From positions 54,653 to 118,652 of IMG/VR virus record IMGVR_UViG_3300014031_000001: DNA of 64,000 nucleotides; one strand, given 5' to 3'. The notes beneath the pieces were generated by a model. It made no database searches. It saw nothing but the letters and a program-made list of their open reading frames with translations, and had not been told where the DNA came from. Of this stretch, positions 52,888-62,489 are shown in pieces. Made by a program: the position numbers and the translations under genes. The first letter of the stretch is position 1. Every line of letters starts with the position of its first letter. This DNA comes from a virus. Taxonomy: Duplodnaviria; Caudoviricetes.

Positions 52888-55185
52888 TTAGGCGTTGACC
52901 TTGATCAGGTTCGTCTGGACGTGGATCTTGCCGGCAGCGCCAGCCTTGGCCACGATGCCGACCTGCCAAACGCGGGCGCCGGAGGCGGTGGGCATGTCGC
53001 CCGAGATCGCCGAGCCGCTCCAGTAGAGGCGGTCACCGACGGCCACGGCCGAGGCGCCCTTCATGACGGCCGAGAGGTCCATGGAGACCTTGCTGTCGTC
53101 GGCCATGACTTGGATCTGGCCCGCGTGGCCGGGGACCGCGTAGGCACCGGTGATGCCAACGGCGTAGTAGGACTGCGCCAGGTCCGAAAGCGTCGCGACG
53201 GTGTCGTCGGCGCTCAGGTAGACGAGCACGTTGGCCGCTTGCTCGGCAACGGCCGAGGGCGTGTAGTAGGTGCCCGCGGCTTCCGGCGCGGTCCAGGCGA
53301 GGCCGCCCGAGCCGTTGTTCGAGAGGAAGGTGCCAGCGCCGCCTTGCGCCAGGGGCAAGGTCATGTTGTAGGGCGTGACGCCCGATGCGGCCGACGAAAG
53401 CCCGATTTGCTGGTTCGCAGCGTTTTCCAAAACGATGTGCCGGCCCGTGCCGCTAACGAAAGCGACGAAGGCCTGGCCACCCGTACCGTCGGACTCAGCG
53501 TAGACGCCGGTACCGGTGCCGTTGGTGCCGCCGAAGATAGCCATTTGGCCGTTGGTGGCCGGATTGATATAGGACGAGAGGCCGTTCGAGCCGTCGTCGT
53601 TAATGGAGGCGTCGAGAATGAAGTTGAAACTCAAAAGCTCGGCTGTGTTCAGCACCAGGCCGCTAGTGCGCGACAGGTGGACGGGGGCGCCAGCTGCGAG
53701 AATGTCGATGGTCGCGCCGGCGTCGTAGGCGTTCTGCATCGTCACGAAGTCGTAGACGAGCTGGCCGCCTCCATCCGCCGCCTTGAGCGACATGCCGGCC
53801 GTGCCGACGGCGCTTGGCAAGGTCATGGTGTAGTCGGCGGCCAGGGCGCTCGGCGACTTCACGTGCACGCCGTGGGTGCCGGCCGTGTTGAAGAGCTGGA
53901 GCTCACCGGCGGCGTCGATCCGGACATTGCCGACGACGTGGACCGCTTCCGAGGGGGAGAAGGTGCCGACGCCAAGCTTTTTCGTACCGATGATGACGTT
54001 GGCCGAGGCGTCGACGCGAAGGCCTTCGCCCGCGGGGACCTTGATGATCGTGCTGGCGTTGCCCTGGTTGTCGATCGAGAAGTCTTGAGCGTTGCCGGTG
54101 AAGCTGACGCCGTACTGGTTGATGCCGACTGCATGTAGCCCGTCAAAGGCTTCGAACAAGGCGAGGTTGGCGTTCTGGGTCGAGAAGCCGCGCACGCGCA
54201 GCTGACCGACGTCTTCCGTACCGATGAGGTCGATCGCCGAGCCTGGGCTGGCCGTGCCGACGCCGAGACGGGCGACGTCAACCACTCGCTTGCTGTTGGC
54301 GTTGAGCGTCGCGAACAGCATGTGGCCGAAGGAGAGGCCGTTGGTCGGGTCGACGACGAGGCCCGAGTTGCCAGCGCCGTAGGCGACGCCGTCAAGCTTC
54401 AGCCTGAGATGCTGAATGCCGTTGGCCGTGTCGGAATCGAGGCCGCCGATCGGGACGAACTCGGAGATCTTGTAGTAAGGCGTCCAGAGCATCGCTTCCG
54501 TACCGACGGTGATGATGCCGTCGGCGTTGGCGTCATTGCCCGTGAGGACGAACTGCTCGTTGAAGTAGATGCCGCCTTCTTCGACAAAGACGATGACGCC
54601 CGGCTTCACTACGTGGGGCGCCGTGCCGTCCATGTCAGACGAGCGGGCCAGGCTGTAGTTGCCGCCCGTCATCGTGACGTCGTAGACGCCGTTTTCCGTC
54701 GTATCAGTTTGCGTCCAGAGAAGGACGCGCTCGCCGGCGGTCATCGTGCGGCTGTCGGCAACCAGGGCACCGGTGCCAGAAAGAGCCGTCTGGCCGGTGG
54801 TCGCGGCCTTCGCCGACTTGCGCGGGAAGAGGCCGGAGTTGGCGTAGGCGACCCGGCTGTCCGTGTAGGTCTCGGCCGAGGCCAAGGTCGCTGCGTCGCC
54901 GTTGGTGCGGAGGAGGGCTTCTGCCGCCAAGAAAGTCGCATCGATCAGGCCGTCGGAGCCCGTGATGACGAATTTGGCGGCGTCGGCGACGCCGGCCGTC
55001 GTGTTGATCGCGTTGACGACCTTGCCGAGCAAGGTGTCCGTCAGCGTGAAGTTTTCCGTTTTGAACGACTGCGCCTGGAGGGGCGAGCCGTCCGCAGCTT
55101 CGGTGATATCACCGGTGAGAGCGTCGACGAAGATGAGGCGCTGCGCCGTAGCTCCGACGATGGCCGATGTTTTGATGAGCGCCAT
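52888..55185 (-). CDS. Tail/head fibre protein
   Basis: 765 aa. 'RVLLWTQTDTTENGVY...ARSSD' fibre module, repeated 'LGVGTxSP' and 'YTMTLP...G' modules. Confidence 0.65.
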   Translation of the reverse strand: MALIKTSAIVGATAQRLIFVDALTGDITEAADGSPLQAQSFKTENFTLTDTLLGKVVNAINTTAGVADAAKFVITGSDGLIDATFLAAEALLRTNGDAATLASAETYTDSRVAYANSGLFPRKSAKAATTGQTALSGTGALVADSRTMTAGERVLLWTQTDTTENGVYDVTMTGGNYSLARSSDMDGTAPHVVKPGVIVFVEEGGIYFNEQFVLTGNDANADGIITVGTEAMLWTPYYKISEFVPIGGLDSDTANGIQHLRLKLDGVAYGAGNSGLVVDPTNGLSFGHMLFATLNANSKRVVDVARLGVGTASPGSAIDLIGTEDVGQLRVRGFSTQNANLALFEAFDGLHAVGINQYGVSFTGNAQDFSIDNQGNASTIIKVPAGEGLRVDASANVIIGTKKLGVGTFSPSEAVHVVGNVRIDAAGELQLFNTAGTHGVHVKSPSALAADYTMTLPSAVGTAGMSLKAADGGGQLVYDFVTMQNAYDAGATIDILAAGAPVHLSRTSGLVLNTAELLSFNFILDASINDDGSNGLSSYINPATNGQMAIFGGTNGTGTGVYAESDGTGGQAFVAFVSGTGRHIVLENAANQQIGLSSAASGVTPYNMTLPLAQGGAGTFLSNNGSGGLAWTAPEAAGTYYTPSAVAEQAANVLVYLSADDTVATLSDLAQSYYAVGITGAYAVPGHAGQIQVMADDSKVSMDLSAVMKGASAVAVGDRLYWSGSAISGDMPTASGARVWQVGIVAKAGAAGKIHVQTNLIKVNA

Positions 55186-55461
55186 CTAGGGGACTCCAGA
55201 GATAAAGGTTTAGCCACTACCCGCCTTGGGCAGTGACCGCGCACTGGGAAGACTCCGGCGGCCAGGCTTCGTGCCGGGGGCGCAAAGGGTGCATTTCGGT
55301 CTACATATCGGCATGCCGGCCACAAACTGAACGGGCGGACAGGCGCTTTGATCGGCAGGCTGGGGCTGTGTTTAAACGAAAAGAAGAACGTGGCGGAAAG
55401 ACGGGGGGCTAGCAGGGAGGGCGGGCGCAAAAGAAGCGGGCCCGAGGGGGGCCCGCGGCGG

Positions 55462-55908
55462 TCACTTTACGATTTCGAGCGTGTCTGGGTTGAAGCTGAA
55501 GGCCTGCCCCTCGAGGCCGTAGCGGGCACTCAGAGTCGCCATGTCCGCGACGATCTGTGACCGGTGGGCGGCCTCGTCCTGGGTAAGGCGGGCGACGGTG
55601 GCCTTGCTGGCCGCCATGTCTGCGCTAACCTTCTGGAGTTGCTCGCGCATCTGAAGCTGTAGGACCTGCGCATCGCGCTCGAGCATGCGCCCACGCAGCT
55701 CGGCCGCCTCGCGTTGGGCCGCCAGCTGCTGCGCTTTCGTGTGGGCCAGCTGGATCTTCAGATGGTCCGTCTCGGAGAGAGCCGTCGGATAGACGGGGGC
55801 CTCGCACGAAGGCGCCGTGTCCGCGGCCGGCGCTTCGGGCTGCTCCGCGGTCTCGGGCTTTCTTTTCTTCGAGAGGGCCTCACGGCCACGCGCGCTTTTG
55901 GCTTCCAT
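55462..55908 (-). CDS. Coiled-coil protein
   Basis: 148 aa, heptad-rich, RBS aaggag. Confidence 0.55.
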   Translation of the reverse strand: MEAKSARGREALSKKRKPETAEQPEAPAADTAPSCEAPVYPTALSETDHLKIQLAHTKAQQLAAQREAAELRGRMLERDAQVLQLQMREQLQKVSADMAASKATVARLTQDEAAHRSQIVADMATLSARYGLEGQAFSFNPDTLEIVK

Positions 55909-55927
55909 GAGAGACGCTCCTTCTTGG

Positions 55928-56176
55928 TTAATCAGCGCTGGGGGCGCGGTTTACGGGTAAGGGCGCGCCCTTACCCTTATAGGTGACGCCCGAGACGCAG
56001 GCGTAGTCGAGCGCGTGTCCGGTGCCGCACTGGTGCATAGCCATGCCGCACGCCTCCTGGACGTACTCGAGGCACTCAACAGGCTCGCCGCCTGGCAAAA
56101 GAAGCTCTTCAGGCTGCGAGATCTGTGCGACGCAGCCTAGGGCGAGCGCCGGCAGCAATAAGACAATGCGCTTCAT
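55928..56176 (-). CDS. Small Cys-rich lipoprotein
   Basis: Lipobox LALG-C; C-x7-CG-x5-CG-x8-C pattern shared with ORF 62490. Confidence 0.65.
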   Translation of the reverse strand: MKRIVLLLPALALGCVAQISQPEELLLPGGEPVECLEYVQEACGMAMHQCGTGHALDYACVSGVTYKGKGAPLPVNRAPSAD

Positions 56177-56193
56177 CGGTAGCTACCTTGTGA

Positions 56194-56571
56194 TTACGAG
56201 GCTTTGATTTTCAGCTCGCCGACCCGCACGATAAGCTCGCCGGTGTCGGCGCCGAGGCCCACCTTCAAGATGAAACCCGCCGTCGGCGGCAGCTCCGCGC
56301 CATAGCCGTCAGCCTGAAGAAAGTACGGTGCTCCCGGAGTGATCCCCGTGAGCCCCGGAAGTTTTCCATCGGTTAGGACTAAGATTCTAGCACCGGAAGC
56401 GGCCGCTCTAAAAGCCGCTCCGATTACGTGCCGCGTCGCGTGCTCCGACGAGCGCGCGATGGCGACCGTCCGCGGTCCGGACACATAAAGGTACTGGCCT
56501 TTTTCGACGGCCTCGCCGGCCGTGTAGGGGATGATCGTGCCGAGCCCGTAGCGCGGGGCGATGCTAGGCAT
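56194..56571 (-). CDS. Capsid cement/fibre-anchor-like protein
   Basis: 'AGEAVEKGQYLYVSG...PGAPYFL' resembles the C-terminal domain of the 765-aa fibre. Confidence 0.5.
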   Translation of the reverse strand: MPSIAPRYGLGTIIPYTAGEAVEKGQYLYVSGPRTVAIARSSEHATRHVIGAAFRAAASGARILVLTDGKLPGLTGITPGAPYFLQADGYGAELPPTAGFILKVGLGADTGELIVRVGELKIKAS

Positions 56572-57346
56572 TTTTGATGTACTCCCGGACCTCGCTCAGG
56601 CGCGCGATCTGGATGGCCAATGCCTCGTCGCCCGGGGGCGCGCTCTTGGGCCAGCAGCGCTCAACCCGAGCGAGAAGCGCCATGTTGTTGCCAAGCTTGT
56701 TCAAAAACCCCTGACAGGCCGGTGGAAACATCGGCGCCGGCAGGTAGACGACGCCGCCGGTCATGGCACAGGCGGCGATGTAGGCGGCCACCTCGGGCTC
56801 GTAGCCCTGACGCGGTCGCACCGTCGCCAGCACCTTTAGCGCCAAGGCGACGTCGTGCAGCTCGTGGGGCTGCAGCTGGTCGAAGTCGACGACGCTAAAG
56901 TTGAACGCGTGGGCCACTTTTTCGAAGACATGCCAGTGCTCAAAAGGAGCGTTGGTCTTTACGGTGACCTGAAGCGCCCCGAGCACGTTGGCCACCTGGG
57001 GCGTCACGTCGATGTCGTGGTCAGCGTGCAACGTTGCCGCCAGCGTCTCCGGCTCCCAGTCCCACCAGGCCTGCCCGTGGTCGCGGTTAAGCAGCTCGAA
57101 GAGGGCCAAGACGGAAAGCCCAGCATGCTTTTCCGGCTCTGCCATGAGGCCCCTGACGGCGGCGCCGACGATCTGCTTGGCGATGTAGCGGGGCGCCGTC
57201 GCCGCGCTAGACAGGTTCTTCACGGCCTTGACGGCGCGACCGATCGTCTGCGCCGTCTCGACCGGATTCACCGGCTCTTCGGGTTGTACTCCTTCGCCTG
57301 CCATCTTCTGCAGGAACTCGAAGGAGGCATCGTCAATACGTGTCAT
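56564..57346 (-). CDS. Virion protein with F..FxxKxA leader variant
   Basis: Start reassigned to ATG 57346: MTRIDDASFEFLQKMA; internal EKHA. Confidence 0.55.
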   Translation of the reverse strand: MTRIDDASFEFLQKMAGEGVQPEEPVNPVETAQTIGRAVKAVKNLSSAATAPRYIAKQIVGAAVRGLMAEPEKHAGLSVLALFELLNRDHGQAWWDWEPETLAATLHADHDIDVTPQVANVLGALQVTVKTNAPFEHWHVFEKVAHAFNFSVVDFDQLQPHELHDVALALKVLATVRPRQGYEPEVAAYIAACAMTGGVVYLPAPMFPPACQGFLNKLGNNMALLARVERCWPKSAPPGDEALAIQIARLSEVREYIKNA

Positions 57347-58415
57347 CCGCGAAGCCAACCATAATTTCTTTGGCGTCCATGGGGAGCGAGTCGAAGATGG
57401 CGACTGGGTCTTTCTGGAGGCACTGTAGCATCGAGGAGCCGAAGTACTCTTTGATCTTGTCGGCCTTGGCGCCGACAAGCTTCGCAAGCGCCTCGGGGTT
57501 TAGCGTCTTGCCGGCGACCTTTGCGCGCCAGCCGGCGTACTGGTCGGGCTCGAGTGCGAACGTCGCGACGAAGGGGTTGGTCAGGTAGCCGTCGTAGTAG
57601 CGGTCGAGCTTGGCCTTCTTGTCAAAGGCGTAGAGCAGCTGGGCGAACTCGGCCGGCACGAGCTCTTTTTTGAGGCTGCCGATCTTCTCGAGCGCGGCGT
57701 TGAGCCGCGGGTCGGCCACCTCGAGAAGGGACGCCCGCGCGCGGATGTGGGCGTCGACCTGGGGGCTGTAGTGGTCGCTCGCGTACTTGGCGACGGTGCC
57801 CTTCTGGGGGCCCATGCCGAGCTCGTGCGCCCGCCGCTGGATCGCCGCGGCGTACTTAAAGCGCCCGTCAGCCGGCATCTTGCTGTGCTGCTGGTCGAAG
57901 TACTGGCAGGCGATCTTCACATGGCCAGGCGTCGAAAACGCGTACTGAGCGAACGTGTAGTTGTCGCCGATCTTCTCGGCCTCGGCAAACTCGGAAAGGT
58001 TCACCGTCTTCACCGAGGCCTTCTTCTGCAGGGCGCCGTCTTCTTCGAAGTAGACGTTGGACGAGGCCTCTTTGGCGAGCCCCGTCACCGAGGTCTTGGG
58101 CGCGATGCCGAAGCGATCGCAGGCCTGCTTGATGTTATAGGCGGCGACCGACGCGGCCTTTTCCGGCAGGCGGTTGTGGAACATGTCGAAGTACTCGTTG
58201 GAGAGCCACGTGTTGTCGGGGCTGTCGACCGGGTACTTGTTGAGCTTATGGGCCTTCTTCGTGATGACCGACAGCGCGAAGTCGGTGTCACAGAGGGCAG
58301 TTTTTTCGGCGTCGCTCATCACGTAGACCGACGGGTTGGCACGGGCCAATTTCTTGATCCCGACCTTACCGACATCGTCGTAGGCGTCGATCACTTGGTT
58401 CGCAAGCCGAAGCAT
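57333..58415 (-). CDS. Virion head protein with KxA motifs
   Basis: 360 aa. KKLA, EKTA, EKAA, AKEA, QKKA, AKYA. RBS aggagagg. Confidence 0.55.
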   Translation of the reverse strand: MLRLANQVIDAYDDVGKVGIKKLARANPSVYVMSDAEKTALCDTDFALSVITKKAHKLNKYPVDSPDNTWLSNEYFDMFHNRLPEKAASVAAYNIKQACDRFGIAPKTSVTGLAKEASSNVYFEEDGALQKKASVKTVNLSEFAEAEKIGDNYTFAQYAFSTPGHVKIACQYFDQQHSKMPADGRFKYAAAIQRRAHELGMGPQKGTVAKYASDHYSPQVDAHIRARASLLEVADPRLNAALEKIGSLKKELVPAEFAQLLYAFDKKAKLDRYYDGYLTNPFVATFALEPDQYAGWRAKVAGKTLNPEALAKLVGAKADKIKEYFGSSMLQCLQKDPVAIFDSLPMDAKEIMVGFADDTY

Positions 58416-58431
58416 TTGCCTCTCCTAAGTG

Positions 58432-58439
58432 GGTATAAG
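58432..58439 (+). promoter_or_regulatory. GGTATAAG motif
   Basis: About 46 nt upstream of small ORF 58486. Confidence 0.65.
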
Positions 58440-58485
58440 AGTGTCGTAGTGCTGTAAATTTACCACAACTTTCAACGGACTACCT

Positions 58486-58659
58486 ATGCTACCTTCCGCC
58501 ACCAAGCCGCTCGCCGTCGCCTCGAATGAATTGACCCCGTTTCAAAAGCGGCTCTTCCGTTTCCTCGGTAGCCTCGTTGACGTTGCCGCCAAGACGGCCG
58601 TGGCGACGGCTTCAGCGATCATCGTTCGCCGGCTCATGGCTCCGCGCCAAGAGGGCTGA
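58486..58659 (+). CDS. Small amphipathic protein (57 aa)
   Basis: MLPSATKPLAVASNELTPFQKRLFRFLGSLVDVAAKTAVATASAIIVRRLMAPRQEG, bracketed by the promoter motif and a terminator. Confidence 0.6.
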   Translation: MLPSATKPLAVASNELTPFQKRLFRFLGSLVDVAAKTAVATASAIIVRRLMAPRQEG

Positions 58660-58664
58660 CGAAC

Positions 58665-58692
58665 GAAAAAGGGCCTCGTGCCCTTTTTCTTT
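58665..58692. terminator. Bidirectional intrinsic terminator
   Basis: gaaaaagggc-ctcgt-gccctttttc followed by ttt. Confidence 0.75.
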
Positions 58693-59290
58693 ACGTACCG
58701 GGCGTTACAAGAAGGTCTTTGAGCAAGGCGGTTTCTTGGTGCGGCACGGCGATCTGCTGCTTCACCGAGCAGCCTGTCACCTCAATGATGACGGTGGCGC
58801 CGTAGACGAGTTCCAGCATGAAGTTGCCGGCGTAGTCGGGCGTCGTCGTGACAAGCCGGTTCGTAAGAAAGCTGCTGCCGGAGTATTGGAGACCAGGCAC
58901 CTTGCGGACGATGATGGTGACCTGCGAGGCGTTGTCGGGAAAGCCGTCGATGTCGCGCACGTTGCCCGAGATAACGCAAACGTCGCCCAGCGCCGAGACG
59001 TAGGGCGGCACGGGGACGACGTCGAAGCGCGCCCGCAGCGGGTCAATGCCTGCTCCCGTAATCTCGTAGTAGACCTCGCCCAGCGCCTCCGTGACGGCGA
59101 CGGGCCAGCCGGCGGAGTAGAGCCCGAGGCCTAGCCCGACAAAGCGCGTCAGTGCCACCACGCTGACGAGGTCGGTGCCCGGGAGCACCGCCCGCACAGT
59201 GACTTCGACGGCAAGTAGCCCATTCACCGGGGTGCCGTCGAGCGTCATTCGAAGCGTGGTGTCCCACGCGCGTCCTTGGAGGGCACTCAT
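58691..59290 (-). CDS. Beta-sandwich virion protein, paralogous to the C-terminus of ORF 48020
   Basis: 'CVISGNVRDIDG...TPDYAGNFMLELVYGATVIIEV' versus 'CVIEGIVADLQG...TREDGRFSIALLQGAQVLLEI'. Confidence 0.55.
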   Translation of the reverse strand: MSALQGRAWDTTLRMTLDGTPVNGLLAVEVTVRAVLPGTDLVSVVALTRFVGLGLGLYSAGWPVAVTEALGEVYYEITGAGIDPLRARFDVVPVPPYVSALGDVCVISGNVRDIDGFPDNASQVTIIVRKVPGLQYSGSSFLTNRLVTTTPDYAGNFMLELVYGATVIIEVTGCSVKQQIAVPHQETALLKDLLVTPGT

Positions 59291-59736
59291 TAGATGATGT
59301 CCTCGCCCGCAAGGCGGACCTTGAAGCCGGCTTTGCCGACTCCCGTCACCTTCAGGTACTCGCCGGGAGACAGCGGGAAGGGGGCCGCCGATACCGTCGA
59401 GCGCGTCAGAAGCGCACCGGGCGTGGCCGGGTCCACGACGACGATCGTAACCGTGCCGGCGCCGACGTCCATGGCTTCCACGACGAGGCTGGCCTTGGCG
59501 TTGCCAACGAGCGTGAAGAGCCCGCCGGCACTGAGCGCCGTGAAGCGCGCCAGCCCCGCGGTGACAACCGGATCGGTCGAAGCCTCGTCGGTGGCAAGCG
59601 TGCGCGGCGCGACGCCCGTCAGCATGCCCGTGTCCATCTCGTGGTAGACCCAGCAGGGCTTCAGACCGACGACGCTGTAGCGGGATCGCCCTGGTAGAAA
59701 GGGTACGTTGCCGTCTCGTTTCGCTTGCAACACCAT
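59290..59736 (-). CDS. Hypothetical structural protein
   Basis: 148 aa, operonic. Confidence 0.5.
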   Translation of the reverse strand: MVLQAKRDGNVPFLPGRSRYSVVGLKPCWVYHEMDTGMLTGVAPRTLATDEASTDPVVTAGLARFTALSAGGLFTLVGNAKASLVVEAMDVGAGTVTIVVVDPATPGALLTRSTVSAAPFPLSPGEYLKVTGVGKAGFKVRLAGEDII

Positions 59737-59739
59737 GCT

Positions 59740-60015
59740 CTACTTCTCCTTCAGCATCTGTTCAATTTCGTTTTCAGCGGCCGCCTGGGCCTTCTCAGCG
59801 ACGACATTCTCAGCAGCGTTGGCAGTCTGGCGCTCGATGCGCTCGTCCTCGTTGGCGGCCGCGACGACCGCATCCGTGCGCAAAAGCGAACGGGCCACAA
59901 GTCCAGCGGCGACGATAACGGCGACGGCAAGGCTAGCGAAGCCTCCCCAGCCGCCGGAGGTCGCCGACATGACGAGGTCGTGGAAGGTGTCCCAGCTTAG
60001 TTCAGGCACGACCAC
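59740..60015 (-). CDS. Small membrane protein with coiled-coil tail
   Basis: GTG with RBS aggagg; TM segment 'FASLAVAVIVAAGLVA'. Confidence 0.5.
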   Translation of the reverse strand: MVVPELSWDTFHDLVMSATSGGWGGFASLAVAVIVAAGLVARSLLRTDAVVAAANEDERIERQTANAAENVVAEKAQAAAENEIEQMLKEK

Positions 60016-60941
60016 GCTTGCCCCTCCTTTGTCCAGGAGCAAACGACGCTACGCCCCTTTACGGTAAGAAGCCTCAGCGTGTGGTCGGCGTCCTTCGTGA
60101 ACGGGAACTCGGCCTTGTAGTCGACGACGTACTGGTCGTCCATCATGATGATGGAAACCGCCTTGTCGCTGGCGACACGTAGCTCGTCTTTGACGACCTC
60201 GAGCACGGGCTCGGGCAGGGGCGCAAACCCCTTGTCGTAGCCCCAGACGAGCCACGACAGCCGCTCGACCTGGCCGTCTTGCTTCGAGGCACCCTCGAAG
60301 CTACAGGCCTGGGTGCCGATCTCCTTGACGAGCTCGGAGAGCTGGAGCGACAAGACGCCGCCGGCGGCCGGGCGGCTTTCGTCGAACATGGTGCTGCAGC
60401 CACGCACGAAGACGCGCGACGGCGCCTCGGCGAGCGACGGGATACGCAGCTCGGCGTCGGTGCCGGCGCGCACCTTCTCGGCGACGCCGTACCAGCGGCC
60501 CTCGAGCGGCACGACCTTGATGAGCAGCTGGCCTTTGAAGTCCGACACGTGCAGCGCCGACTCGCGCTCCTTGGGCCAGCGCGGAAAGACGGAGATGTCG
60601 ACAACGCAGCTCTCGCGCGCCTTGCCGGCGATCGTGATCGGCATGAGGGCGCTCGCCGCGTACTCGTAGGTTGCCCCGAGGTGGCAGCGCGCGCTGTCGA
60701 CGCGGATGGTGCCCTCGAGGTAGCCCTGGACGGCAAAGCCGAGGTCGCTGTAGGGCGAGCCTTCGCGCAAGACGACGACCCCGAGGCCGACGTGGGTGGC
60801 GCCGTCGGCGCGAAACTCCGCCGTCGGGTAGTGGGACTCGGTCGCCGCCGGGCTTGGGTCTGGGCGTAGCAGGTGCGCGCATCCCGCCGTCACCAGCAGC
60901 GACGCAAGCGGTATCGTCCGGCCAAGCCAGGGCTTGCTCAC
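59997..60941 (-). CDS. Lipoprotein
   Basis: Lipobox 'LLVTAG-C'; 314 aa, beta-rich with paired Cys. Confidence 0.6.
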   Translation of the reverse strand: MSKPWLGRTIPLASLLVTAGCAHLLRPDPSPAATESHYPTAEFRADGATHVGLGVVVLREGSPYSDLGFAVQGYLEGTIRVDSARCHLGATYEYAASALMPITIAGKARESCVVDISVFPRWPKERESALHVSDFKGQLLIKVVPLEGRWYGVAEKVRAGTDAELRIPSLAEAPSRVFVRGCSTMFDESRPAAGGVLSLQLSELVKEIGTQACSFEGASKQDGQVERLSWLVWGYDKGFAPLPEPVLEVVKDELRVASDKAVSIIMMDDQYVVDYKAEFPFTKDADHTLRLLTVKGRSVVCSWTKEGQAWSCLN

Positions 60942-61008
60942 GAGGGCTCCTCACGCAGGGGTATCAATTCCTCATATTTTAGACAGGTTTTACGCCCTTG
61001 TCCTGGAT

Positions 61009-61266
61009 TCAAATGATAGGCCATTTAGCCTTGGGGCAGTCAGCCTGGGTCAGCATGCTTTTGGCACGCACAAAGCAGCCGCAAGCCCGGCACACGCCGC
61101 GGTGGCGGTCGAGCTCGTCGCAGGTGGCGCAGACCTTCAGGCGCTCTTCAGAGCGACTAGCCGACAGGAAGGTCCAATTCACGACGGATTTTTTAACGAT
61201 CTGGCCCATGTCGCCGGCCAACTGGCGGGCTAGCTTGTGGGCGGCGGCGCAACCTTTACAGCTCAT
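61009..61266 (-). CDS. Cys-rich DUF6171-like protein
   Basis: 'ERLKVCATC...CRACGCFVRAK...CPKAKW'. Confidence 0.6.
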   Translation of the reverse strand: MSCKGCAAAHKLARQLAGDMGQIVKKSVVNWTFLSASRSEERLKVCATCDELDRHRGVCRACGCFVRAKSMLTQADCPKAKWPII

Positions 61267-61362
61267 GGTTTCTTCCAAAAAACAAGCCGGGCCCTCGAAG
61301 AGAGCCCGGCATATGGAAAAGATCGCGCCCTCGACCAGAGGGCGGACCGTGCAGACGGCGGC

Positions 61363-61779
61363 TTACTTCGTCTTTGGCAGTAGAGACAGTTTGGGCTGGT
61401 AGCGCACGCTGGCCGGGATGTTTCCGACGTTGAATAGGCCAATGGCCCAGGCCACGTACGAGGTGAGTTTACCGATGCCCTTGATCAGTTGCGACTCGGA
61501 GCTGTCTTCAATTTTACCCCCGGTCACGCCCAGGAACCAGGAGATGGGCTTCAGGGCGGCCATGGCCAGGGCGACCAGGCCCATGATGCGGTCGACGTTG
61601 GCCAGCACGGCGTCGGAGACGTTGACACAGACGGGGTTGAGGCCGCCGATTCCCAGAAGAGCCCCCGGCACTTGCACGGCCGTCGTTGGGTCGGCGGCGA
61701 CCTGGCCGATGGCGATGTTTGCCGCCAAAGCCGCGACGGCCGCGACCACCGCGACGCCCAGCGTCCTAGATACTTTCAT
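61363..61779 (-). CDS. Membrane protein (holin-like candidate)
   Basis: Signal/TM N-terminus plus two further hydrophobic segments. Confidence 0.5.
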   Translation of the reverse strand: MKVSRTLGVAVVAAVAALAANIAIGQVAADPTTAVQVPGALLGIGGLNPVCVNVSDAVLANVDRIMGLVALAMAALKPISWFLGVTGGKIEDSSESQLIKGIGKLTSYVAWAIGLFNVGNIPASVRYQPKLSLLPKTK

Positions 61780-61822
61780 GTTGCCCTCCAAAGCGTTGTT
61801 GTTCCACAGACTTGTCGTCTCT

Positions 61823-62365
61823 TCAGACCACCGGAGGCTTATCGGTCTGCGGGTGGCTATGGGTAACGGAAGAAAGGCTTTGCGCCATCAAATCGACCTT
61901 ATCCGACACTGATTTCATCGCTGCGATCGAGCTTGTGATGAGCTGCATATGCTCGCCGACGCGACCTTCCAACTTGTGGATCTCGCGCGTCGCCGTCTGC
62001 GAGATGTTGTTGGTGACGTCGAGCGTCGCCTTCAGCTCTCCGAGCGTGCGCGTCGTTGTCAGCTCGACCTGGTGCATGCGGTCTTTGAGCCGCCCGTAGC
62101 TTTGGACGACCTCGCCTCGGAACTTCATAAACTGCTGGGCCAGCTCGCGCACCTCATCACGCGTCTCGTTACGGAACTCCTTGAGATCGACCTTGGCGTC
62201 GCTGCCGGCACTGCGAGCGCTAGCGGCGGCGGCGTCGATGCGCTTGCGGCCGTCTTCGTAGAAGGTCTTGATGAAGTAGACGAGGCAGCCCGAAATGATC
62301 GTGCCCACCATGCCGAGCAGGGTGAAAAGGGCCTTCTGGGCAAGGGCTTCTTCGAGCGCACCCAC
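61823..62365 (-). CDS. Membrane-anchored coiled-coil protein
   Basis: TM segment 'LFTLLGMVGTIISGCLVYFI' then a long heptad region; start uncertain. Confidence 0.55.
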   Translation of the reverse strand: MGALEEALAQKALFTLLGMVGTIISGCLVYFIKTFYEDGRKRIDAAAASARSAGSDAKVDLKEFRNETRDEVRELAQQFMKFRGEVVQSYGRLKDRMHQVELTTTRTLGELKATLDVTNNISQTATREIHKLEGRVGEHMQLITSSIAAMKSVSDKVDLMAQSLSSVTHSHPQTDKPPVV

Positions 62366-62489
62366 CGACCACCCCACAAAAATACACGGGCCCCCCGAAG
62401 AGAGCCCGTGCGCCACTGAAGTGTCACCCAAACCGCACATGCACTTGCGTCTTCAAGTACCAGGTGATTCGGCGTTCGGGCGCGAGACT

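Noticed and set aside
52752-55308. ATATGTAG repeated upstream of two minus-strand genes (near 52755 and 55305) as a late promoter
   Set aside because: Only two copies were seen; not distinguishable from chance.
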